A stretch of DNA of 32,000 nucleotides from an uncultured Tateyamaria sp. (GTDB lineage: Bacteria > Pseudomonadota > Alphaproteobacteria > Rhodobacterales > Rhodobacteraceae): positions 325,950 to 357,949 of the forward strand of contig NZ_CANLAG010000005.1 of the NCBI RefSeq assembly GCF_947488715.1, written 5' to 3'. This document shows positions 10,801 through 20,100 of the stretch, in pieces (the stretch's first letter is position 1; the number at the start of each line of letters is the position of its first letter). The position numbers were made by a program, and so were the translations under genes. The notes beneath the pieces were generated by a model. It worked only from the letters and a program-made list of their open reading frames with translations. It searched no databases and was not told the origin of the DNA.

Positions 10801-11138
10801 AGGTTGATATGGCGGCGCTGCCTGCACCTTGGGACGCTCCGGTTGACGCGGCCGTCGACGCAACCGCCATAGCGCCCGAAACCTTGGCCGAGGTCGAACG
10901 CCTCGTTGCCGCCCTTTGGCGCGACATCCTCAAGCGTCAGGACATCCCATCCGGGCGCAGTTTCTATGACTGCGGCGGGGACTCGTTGTCCATCGTGGCG
11001 TTGCAGGCCCGGCTTGAGGCCGCACTGGGCGTCGACATTCCGGTGGGTGAAATGTTTGCGCATCCAACCCTGTCCGACATGTCCGAAATGATTTTTTCCA
11101 AACGATTTCAAAAGAAACTTGTGGAGTTCGAAATATGA
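4878..11138 (+). CDS. Non-ribosomal peptide synthetase, two modules: C-A-PCP-C-A-PCP (2086 aa)
   Basis: C1 His motif HHAIMDWGG (5379-5405). A1 motifs: FTSGSTGRPKG (6723-6755), NLYGASE, YSTGDRAY, GRKDDQVKIDGVRVELAEV and PTGKIDRRAL (Lys codon 7740). PCP1 FFALGGTS (Ser codon 7911-7913). C2 HHMASDGWS (8472-8498). A2 motifs: YTSGTTGRPKG (9813-9845), AYGPAE, LRTGDRG, GRTDRQLKIRGTRVEP and TPNGKVDMAAL (Lys codon 10800). PCP2 FYDCGGDSLS (Ser codon 10983-10985). ATGA overlaps at both ends. Confidence 0.95.
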   Translation: MSKLGIIDRTALAKRLTQRGFGSAQDEPREPSVPQDATPTANMAEKRFWTQEQMDPTPGLNALGVWLDLKVPVTRAAFVAALTKVVQRHDALRTKYTDRDGALHLDVVDDLPLPLGAPLGDTAPDAVRQALFDMGLIMAQDTPWQVRLAVTGRNGTDEVVNGVLIGVHHAIMDWGGLAVFVQELDQALDGAETPASPVHPQGFEHKFQRSRAAHRAEAEAYWQARLDGCPAVLSIPAAQSGSEPAPGYHTRTLTLGAEQSQRLRARAAALGATPFSLLLSAYGLVLTGLSSTPEVVFGTAVSHRDQQGGECIIACLSDLVPLRLALDSSDTVDSTLRGVHGQMAQDIEHAHLGFADIVAASGVARHRDKAPLVQAIFNLLEPMPEGQHLTAQPVYSQVARADIALDAQDHGDLSLRLELRAAMFTPALADQIARCLDSAVAHVLADGSQPLGAVAWPVAPPDIQPSLAPPKTHLGEWLFDRMAAQPGQTVKDGDQVTTFAEICKSAEALAAALIDAGVAPGDAVAVHLPRGIAQVTATLACLRAGGVLVLIDPDHPVQRRADVVAQSQARVMIGEGIDADLTSLVDVMVAPTAKGAGACPTVWPHRDPQDIAYIVFTSGSTGRPKGACGTHQGLLNRLIWMEGAYPWASDDVACLKTSAAFVDALTEMLGPLAAGVASVVAGADVAKDPHALAQFIGTNHVTRIVAVPSLISVWTDHVPGIATFLSPLRLCVSSGEPLTARVLRKMAEIAPKCRVLNLYGASEMSGDVTHHLPTGTSDVIPIGRAMPGNRLAVVDPNGHTLPTGFPGELVVSGVALADGYRGATAADQARFAPMAVFDGAVGYSTGDRAYLDGSGDVVLLGRKDDQVKIDGVRVELAEVARVIEHAPGVAQCVVLAAGAEGGSPHLTAFVTLADAATDTPNEGALRQFARARLLGSVVPGRILVLETMPTGPTGKIDRRALEANAAQRGAEIASEPSEHTAQSQQIAEIWADVLDVALPTPEADFFALGGTSLRAVVVMSRLSAAIGRYLEPGLIFDHPTPAALADAVIQGETAQGDGPPLPAVTVRAPAERSPMTANQAWLWRLHRDAPQSTAYNLAAGYRLGAHVDLDALADAVAAVFERHTSLRTRVHTEGAEAWTQCASSPEPDCALIRESDDETPDEALIQRAATRPFDLQQENPARFAIYPRKAGYLLVISVHHMASDGWSAQVIVDDLSRCYAQKVAGRDIADAPVPQSSDVAHWQNEARPALRDTLDAYVAGLAEAAGPTLAPANPMAPRGGLAERVTVKLDAATLGDLVAQGPIGTTTLGVLCAAWALVLRGFGTDTPLLMGIPRAGRSAPGLEKAVGFFANTVLMPLDPDPAEPWSSVLQQTQDKLRATAPCDMIPLAWVQDAGAGWRADTSEIRTLVVPEDGFDWKLDLPGADVQWAGQSRPTEARADVAVVLTRAGAGLSVEIEYDTGRISAMFGQSLANALACILKGAARNPRAGGAPLTEDETTPATLQNDTESSAFTGQRIDAQLADWAHAAPDAVAAVGPEGAITAAELEARVATYATRLSAAGLSCDMAAAVDCQRGLSWLVAILSIWRVGARVVILDPAWPHAQRADICDDANVAMVLDAGTVSFTAPFPTAKGQALRGLADIAALTYTSGTTGRPKGVALAHDALLRLGDALRTALDVRPGDRILQAAAPAFDVALSDIAMALTARAALVVLPQDDVLAGRNLTNALEREQITHMQVAATVLSNTAAQPLPHLRAVAVGGEPCPPATLDAWSKGRALFVAYGPAEATVTATVIRYDAQMPQAALGFPIAGNNLAVLDRFDQPLPPGAVGDIVIGGRQIARYLGHAAAGANGFGTTDVFGETQPALRTGDRGWMTADGCLVFAGRTDRQLKIRGTRVEPRAIEVALDAHPEVQRALVGHTGDGPERMLVAWVTLRSGIIDAKSEAVLRDWLSARLPKASVPSRIAVLEAWPLTPNGKVDMAALPAPWDAPVDAAVDATAIAPETLAEVERLVAALWRDILKRQDIPSGRSFYDCGGDSLSIVALQARLEAALGVDIPVGEMFAHPTLSDMSEMIFSKRFQKKLVEFEI

Positions 11139-14100
11139 GACCCTTGTCAGACATGCTCCACGAACTTGCCGGTCTGGGTATCGAACTCGAGGCCAACGCG
11201 GACAAGCTGCGCATTCGTGGACCGGCCAGCGCGCTTGGCCCCGCTTTGCGGGAGGAGCTAAAAGCGCGCAAGGCGGAACTTCTTGCACATCTGACGGCAC
11301 CTGCCAGTCCGGTGTCTGTCCCACTTTTGCCAAACCAGCGGCGGTTGTGGTTCATCGACAAACTGACGGATGCGGCCACGGGTTTTGCGTTGCAAGCGGC
11401 ATTTGTTTTGCCGCGCCAATACACAGTAGCGGAGTGGCAAGACGCGCTGGACCAACTGTGCGCGCATCACCCCGTTCTTGACACACAGCTGATCGAAGAG
11501 GGCGACGCGCCGTTTTTGCAGGTCAGGCCACAAGGTCCGCGCGCAGAGGTCCACGTTGATCGATTGCCGGACGATGCTCCGGACTTCGATGCACTCCGCC
11601 CGACGAATGCCGGACTGTTCCGATGCGCGGTCTGGCCAAGAGAAACGGGTCAAAGCCTAGTTGTTCTGTCCTTGCATCACATGATCTCGGATCGGCAATC
11701 CATGTCGACGGTCATGCAGGATTTGTTGCACCTGCTGGATGGACAACCCCTGACTAAGGCCGGGCGCGACTTTCTTGACATAATGGCACAGGACGGGAGC
11801 GCAGCCAGGCCGCACGCGGCAGAGGGTCTGGCGTACTGGACCCAGACACTGTCCGATGCGCCTGCGGACCTGACTTTGCCCTACGATCACGCCCGACCGG
11901 ACCGCCGGGGTGTCCAAGGTGCCGTGCACCGCTTTGTCCTGTCTGACGCCGCCAATCTGGGGCCGCTTGCCCAGCGCAACAACGCGACAGCTTTTGCAAC
12001 ATATCTGGCCGTTTATGCACAGTTATTGTCCCAATGGAGCGGCCAGACCGATCTGGTCATCGGATGCCCTGTGTCCGGTCGGTATATGCCGGGCACCGAG
12101 ACCTCTGTTGGGTATTTTGTGAACACCGTTGCGTTGCGTCTGAACCTCGATGCGACGGATATCGCTTCGGTCATCGAACGTGCGCGAACAGTGGTCATGG
12201 GAGCCATGGAACATCAGGACGTGCCATTTGACCATGTGGTCAGCGCGCTGTCCCCCGACCGTCATTTGAACCGGAACCCGTTGTTTCAGGCGATGTTCGT
12301 GTTGCAGCCTCCGAGCGGCAATGCGCCGGTGTTTGCAGGTGAGCCAGTCGATATTTTGCCGGCACCTCCGCTGGCCCCAGATGTCGACATCAGCCTGATG
12401 CTGGAAGAAACCGCGCAGGGCTATGCTGGATACTTGGAATACGACCCGGACCTGTTCGACCCTGAAACCATCGCCCTGTTCGCCCAGCAGTTCGAGGCGT
12501 TGTGCCAGACCTATGCAGGCAACAGCCAGACCGCCGAACAAAGGCTGGCGCATTGGCAAGGGCCAGATGCGCCGCGTCCCCGCGGGGACATGTGGTCCGT
12601 TCTCGGTTCTGCGTTGAAGGAATTGCCCGCTGATCATTTGGTTTTGGAAGACCCCGACGGTGCCGTCACGAAAAGCGAGGTTTTGGCACAGGCCAATGCT
12701 GTGGCGGCGGGCTTGATGGCGCAAGGGGTCGGGTCTGCGGCTCCCGTGGGCATCAGCCTGGCGCGGACGCGCGATCGGGCTGCCGCCATGTTGGGTGTTT
12801 GGAAGGCGGGCGCGACGGTCGTGTTCCTGCCTGTGATCGGTCAGGACAAGAGCGCGCAACAGGTGTTTGCGGACCGCGTTTCCAAAGGTGCCATTGGTCA
12901 TGTGATCTGTGACACCGCGAGTTCGGATGACGCGGGCACCACGGCGACCCTCTTGCCGTTCTCCTCGTTTTCCTCTGTTGAGGAAATATCCCGCGAGGGG
13001 CTCGCAGATGGCCCTGCCTATCTGTGTTTCACATCCGGCACGACCGGAACGGCCAAGGCGGTTGCGGTTGGGCATGACAGTCTGATCAACCACATGATGG
13101 GTATTGCCGAGCAGTTCGCTCTGACACCCGCAGACCGGGTGTTGCAGTTCGCGCCAACCTCTTTCGACATGGTGTTCGAGGACATGTTGCCTGCGCTCAT
13201 GTTGGGCGCGTCGCTGATCGTGCCCGAAGCAGATGCGTTGGCGGATATGGACCGGTTTCAAGCCATGATCTCGGACGCGGGTATCACGGTGGCCAACCTG
13301 CCTGCGCCTTTCTGGCATGCGTGGGTGCATGAGCTGGACGCGACGCAGACGACTGCCCCAGCTGCACTCCGGCTGGTCATCACAGGCAGCGATGTTGTCC
13401 ATGGAGAGGCCGCGTGGGTGTGGCGTTCGCGCTGCCCGGAAACGAGCCTGATGAGCGGGTACGGCCTGACGGAATCCACGATTACGGCAATGCTGCACAC
13501 ACCAGCGGCGGATCCATCAGACATCGGTCTTGGTGCCTTGCCGCTTGGCGTGCCGCTGCCCAACGTTGCTGTGTCGGTGGTTGGCCCGGATGGAGAGCCG
13601 GTGCCCACGATGGTTGTCGGAGAGATTGCTATTTCCGGCGCTGCTGTTGCGATGGGTTATGTGGGCGCACAGTCTGATCACCGGTTTCGGCAGGTCGGGG
13701 ACGAGCCGCAGTTTATGACGGGCGATTTGGGGCGTATGCGCCGCGACGGCCATCTGGAATTCCTCGGTCGGCGCGACCAACAGATCAAGATACGGGGTGT
13801 CCGGGTCGAACCCAGCGCGGTCGAGGCTGTTGTGATGCGTCTCGCCACAGTATCTGAGGCCGCGGTGGTCCCGCGCCCCTCACCCACAGGGCAATGGGGC
13901 CTGGCCGCATATATCGTGGGCGACCAAACCGCTGATCACTATACCGAAGAACTGCGCCACGCCCTGCCAGGGGCCATGGTGCCGCAGACCGTTGTGACTG
14001 TTCCTGCGTTGCCGCGCACGGATGCGGGCAAGATTGATCGCCGCGCATTGGCACGTGCGCCGATCGAGATCACCGCGACCCCGACCCGCGCGCCAACTGC

Positions 14101-17100
14101 GCAAGAGGCCCGCCTCGCCGCCATTTTTGCCGACGTGTTGGGGCAAAAACGAGTGGGTCCGGATGACAATTTCTTTGCCCTTGGTGGTGATTCCATCACC
14201 AGCCTGCAAATCGTCGCCCGTGCACGGCGCGCTGGGTTTGCCCTGACCGCAGCACAAGTGTTCGAGCATCAGACCGTGGCGGCATTGGCGGCACATGTGA
14301 ATGATCTGCCGACACAGGATGTGGGCGAAACATCGGGGCCGATCCCTGCAACACCAATCATGGCGTGGTTCGCCACCCAGTTCGATCAGCCATGGAAGCA
14401 CTTCAATCAGTCCGTCATGCTTGCCATGCCAGCCGATCTCAACACGGATGCGTTGCGCGCCGCGCTGCAATCGGTCGCTGACGCGCACCCGATCTTTGCG
14501 CTGCGGGTCGACCCGGACGCTGCACAGCCGTTTTCCATATCTGAAACCGCCGAAGCGCCCGCGTTTTTCACGCACACCACCGAAGACGGGCAGGCAGATG
14601 CACTGGACAGGGTGCAGGCCAGTTTAGACCCCACCGAAGGCCGCAACATCGCGGCGCTGTGGTTGCCGCACCAAAACCGGTTGATGGTCACCATCCACCA
14701 TCTGTGCATCGACGTGTTGTCATGGGATGTTTTGTTGCGCGACCTCGAAACGGCCTATGACGCCGCCTGCGCGGAGACCCATACTCAGATCACGCCTGCG
14801 GGCGCCTCATTCCGAACATGGGCAGAGCGATTGAACACCTTTGCTAAGGACAGTGGCGTGTCCGGCACGGTTGCGCATTTCATGCAGAGCCTTGGCGGCG
14901 CGACCGACCCAATCCTTGGTGCGCCCGTTGCGGCAGGACAGGACCGTGACATCACATCCTTCCGACTGACACTGCCAGCGGGCGTTACATCCGACATCCT
15001 GCGGCACGCGGCGGTGGCCTATGAAACGCGGGCGGACGAGGCGCTGTTGGTTGCGCTGCTTATGGCTTTGGACAAACGTGGATCGAGCGGCGTGCGCGTT
15101 GACCTTGAGCGCAATGGCCGCACGTCGCCTTTTGCGGACCTCGACCTCGCTGATACAATTGGTTGGTTCACGAGCGTCATGCCGCTGCGCCTTATGCCTG
15201 GCGACGATGTCGCGGCGCTGGCCCAACAAGTGCGCCGCGCGACGCAGGACAGCCCTCATGACGGTCTGGGTTTTGGCCTTGCGCGCTATTGCGGTACGTC
15301 CGCCACCCGCACGGCGTTGGCCAGTCTGCCGGAGGCGGATGTCCTGTTGAACTACGTGGGCGTCCTGACAGGTTGGGAAGATGCCCCATTTCGACCCGTC
15401 GATGCCCCGTGCGGGACAACCATCGCGCTGGACACAGAACGCAGCCATGTCGTCGAAATCAACGCGGGCGTTGTTGCGGGGCAGATGCGGATCGAAATGA
15501 TTGCACCATCCTCTGCAGGCGCTGAGGCCGAAGGTTTGGCACAGGCTCTGGAAACAGCGATTAGCGATCTGGCGTCTCAGGCGCGGCAGGCGCGGTTTGG
15601 CGCGGACATGGGTGACAACGTCGAGGACGTGGCACCCGCCACCCCATTGCAGCACCGTATCCTGCTGCATTCGATGCGCCGTCCGGACACTTACTTTGAC
15701 CAGTTGCGGTTCACGCTGGACGGCCCCCTCGACGTGGATGCGATGCAGCGATCCTGGGACATGTTGGTGCACAGACATAAATCTTTGCGCACTAATTTCG
15801 GCTTTGCCGGTGATGACAGCCCGCTTCAGATCGTGCGGCAGTCCCTGGATATGCAGTGGCATCATCTGGACTGGCGTGACGTGGCACCAGGCACCATCGC
15901 GCGCCTGTTGACGGATGTCATGCAGGTGGACCGCGCGGTCGGGTTCGACATTGAAAACGGCCCATTGATGCGCATGCATCTGATCCGCCGATCCGACACC
16001 CAGTACGATTGGATTTGGAGCGCGCACCATCTGGTGTTGGACGGATGGTCCGTGTCCGTGGTGATTGAGGAATGGCAGAGCATCTATGCAGCACTGGTGC
16101 GTGGTGACACGCCACAGCTGGCCCCGGCGGCAGACCCTTCGGATTATGCGGCGTGGCTTGGCCAGACGGATAGCGGTGCGGCACGTGCGTTCTGGGCAGA
16201 GCATCTGGCAGGTGCCGAAGCAACCCTGATCGCTAAAGAACAAGACCGAGCCACCGCCGCTGCGACCCAAGCGCCCGGAACAGACCGTATTGACCTGTCG
16301 CCCGAGGTGGAACAGCAGCTTGGCGCGCTGGCCCGTGATCTGGGCACAACCGTTGGCGTAATTGCTCAAGCCGCCTGGGCGCTGGTGCTCCGCCGGTATG
16401 GCCACAGCGGCGCGGTACTGTTTGGTCTGACCGTATCGAACCGGCCGCCTGACATTGCCGGCGCGGATCGCATGGTGGGCATGATGATCAACACGCTGCC
16501 TGTGCGTGTGGATCTGAGTGGTGCGGACACTCCACGGGGGGTGATGGCACGCATGAGCGCACAAGCCCGCGCCCGTGCGCCCTGGTCCGCGCTGTCGCTT
16601 GATAACATTTTGAGCGCGGGCGGGTTTGGCGACACGCTGCCGTTCGACACGATGATGTTGGTTCAAAACTATCCGCAGCCAGAGACCCTGTCCGCCGGGG
16701 ACGTGACCGTTGGGCTGTCAGAAGTCGCAGAACGGACCGATCTGCCGCTGACACTGGTGGTGCAATCAGGTGACGATCCTTGCCTGATGGCCGTGTGGGA
16801 TCGCGACCGGTTGGGCGATGCGCAAGTACAGTCGATGCTGGGTCATTGGCACCGCGTGATGACGGCTTTTCTCGCGGATGCCGATCAAACGCTGGATGGC
16901 ATTTCGATCTACTCAGATGCCGAACTGGCCGCGCGCGTTGAACTGGCACAAGGTTCAAGTGGCGACGCCGAAACGCCACGCGCCGTCGAGGCTGTAGCGC
17001 ATTGGGCGCGCATCCTGCCGGATCAGACCGCGCTGGTTGCCGATGATGGCGTACTGAGTTACCGCGCCCTTGATGCAGCCGTTGCGGCGTTGGCGGCGCG

Positions 17101-20100
17101 ATTGACGGCTCAGGAGGGCTTGCAGCCCGGTGCGTCTGTCGCCGTTCTGCTGCCGCGCTCCACTCGCGCTATTGTCGCGCTGCTCGCTGTGATGCGGGCG
17201 GGCGGTGTGGCCGTTCCGGTCGACGCGGCATATCCGGCGGACCGCATTGCCTATATCTTAGCTGACTGTGGCGCTGAACTGGTGGTCACCCAGACGGGCA
17301 TGGCGCAACCGCTGGACAGCGTGACGGTTGTCCTCTGCGATACGTTGGAGGTGGCCGAGACACCAACTGGCACGGGTGAGCTGCCTGCACCCGACAGCCC
17401 GGCCTATATGATCTACACCTCTGGATCGACGGGCCAGCCCAAGGGCACGTTGACCCACCATGGCGGCGTCGACAACATGATCGCAGCCCAGGCTCTTGCC
17501 TTCAATTTGGGTCCAGCGGACCGCGTGCTCCAGTTTGCTTCGCTGTCGTTTGATGCGTCCGTTTGGGAAATGTTCATGGCATTGGCCGCAGGCGCGGCCC
17601 TCTATGTTCCCACGCGCGAACAGGCGCTGGGTGGCAGGGAATTGGCCGATTACATCGCTGATCATCGCATCACCGCAGCGACATTGCCGCCAACCGTGAT
17701 CGACGGTGTTTCGCCCGAACAGGTGCCGGACCTGTCGCTGCTGGTGGCTGCGGGCGAGGCGTGCCCCCGACACCTGGGGCAGACGTGGGCAAAAGATCGG
17801 CGCTTTTACAACGCTTACGGACCAAGCGAGGCATCGGTTTGTGCCACGCTGCATCAGGTTGAAACGGCAGAGCACACCGTGCCGATCGGTACCGCGATTG
17901 CCGGGGCCGTGGCCTATGCGGTTGATCAGGATGGGCATCTTGTCCCGATGGGCGGCACGGGTGAGTTGGTGATTGGCGGCGCTGGCGTCGGGCTTGGTTA
18001 TCATGGTCGGCCCGAGCTGACGGCCCGCGCCTTTGTGCCGGACAAGTGGCGACAGGATGCGCGCGCCCGTGCGTACCGGACCGGCGACCGTGTTGAGGTC
18101 GGTGCAAATGGCGCGCTTGTGTTCCGTGGGCGGCTTGATCGCCAGATCAAGCTGCGCGGGTTCCGTGTGGAACCGGGCGAGGTTGAGAACGCGTTGATGC
18201 AAGACCCCGCAGTCCACCGAGCGCTGGTCGGGGTGCGGTCTTCTGACGGTATGTCGCGCCTTTTGGCATGGGTCGTGCCTGTGGCCGGTGCGGTGGTGTC
18301 CCCAGATGGCCTGCGCGAGATGCTCGCCCAGCAGCTTCCGGGGCATATGGTCCCGGCATCTGTCGTGGTTGTGGATGACGTTCCATTGACGCCCAATGGC
18401 AAGGTCGATTGGGCCGCGTTGCCGGATGCCTCCGACGATGCGCCCGCTGAACCGGCACCAGTTGTCGAAACCAAGGTTGCCGTAGCACCGCCTGCGGCGG
18501 CTCTTACGACCGAGGAACGCGTGATCCTCAAGCTGACCGAGATCTGGTCAGAGTTGCTGGACGGTCGGTCCGTTGCACCGGACCAGAATTTCTTTGATGC
18601 GGGTGGGCATTCCTTGCTGTTGGTACGTATGCAGCCCATGCTGAAGGAGGCGTTTGGCGTTCAGGTCCGCACGCGGACCTTGTTTGACAACCTTACCATC
18701 TCGGCCCTTGCCACCGTTCTGTGCGACACCGGTGCGCAGGTGCCGGACGATGTGGCCGTCGCAGAACCGGTGCCTGCTGCCGATGAGGGTGTGAAAGCGC
18801 CCGCGATTGGCACCGCGCGGACCGCAGAACCGATTGCCGTTATCGGCATGGCCTGTCGGTTTCCCGGCGCGTCAGACCTCGCTGCCTATTGGGATATGCT
18901 CCGTCGGGGTGACGAAGGGCTGTGTGACTTGACCCGCGCCGACCTTCTTGCCGCAGGTGTCAGCGCGTCTGACGCGGAAAACCCGGCCTATGTCGCGCGA
19001 CGCGGCATCATTGATCACGCGGACAGTTTCGATGCTGCCGCCTTCGGGATTGGACCAAGAGAAGCAGAGTTGATGGACCCTCAACAACGCCTGTTCCTTG
19101 AATGTGTCTGGCACGCGCTTGAGGATGCAGGTCAGCCCCCGCGCAGGGGCCAAAACACGGGCGTGTTTGCCGGGGCAGGCTACAACACCTGGATGAACGA
19201 AGTGCTGCGACCTGCCGGGCATTCCATGGAAGGCTCAGCCGGGTATCATGCCGTAACGGCCAATGAAAAAGACTTCTTGGCCACGCAGACCGCGTTCCGT
19301 CTGGATCTGCGGGGACCGGCAGTGTCGGTTCAAACCGCGTGCTCTACGTCGCTGGTGGCCGTGGTGCAGGCCGTGCAGGCGTTGCGATCAGGCCAGTGCG
19401 AAACCGCTGTCGCCGGAGGGGTGTCCGTCGCCTTTCCGACCCATCGCGGCTATATGTACGAACCGGATATGATCTTGTCGCCGGACGGTCATTGTCGGCC
19501 CTTTGGCGCAGAGGCGGCGGGTACGGTGCCGTCCTCCGGGGTTGGTGCGGTCATCTTGAAACCGTTGGACAAGGCGCAACAGGACGGCGACCGGGTTTAT
19601 GCGGTGATCCGCGGCACCGGGCTGGGCAATGATGGCGCGCGCAAGATGAGCTTTGCCGCGCCGGGCGTCGATGGGCAGGCTGATGCCATGCGCGCGGCTC
19701 TGGACGACGCAGGTCTATTGCCCAGCGATGTGGACGCTATCGAGGCGCACGGCACAGGCACGGCATTGGGTGATCCGGTCGAAATGACGGCCATTGCCCG
19801 CGTTTATGCTGATCGCTCCACGCCGCTGTCCATTGGATCGGTCAAAGGCAACATCGGGCATGCGGATGCCGCTGCGGGCATTGCTGGTTTCATCAAGTCC
19901 GTGCTGGGGCTCTGGCATGGTGAAATGCCGGCCAGTTTGCATGCAGACACTGTGAACGCGCGCCTGGACCTTGCGGATGGTGCGCTGCGGATCGCCAGTG
20001 ACCGTGTCACCTTGGGCCCGCGTGCACGTGCCGGAGTCAGTTCCTTTGGCATCGGTGGCACCAATGCACATGTGGTGTTGGAGCGGGCTGAAACACAACA

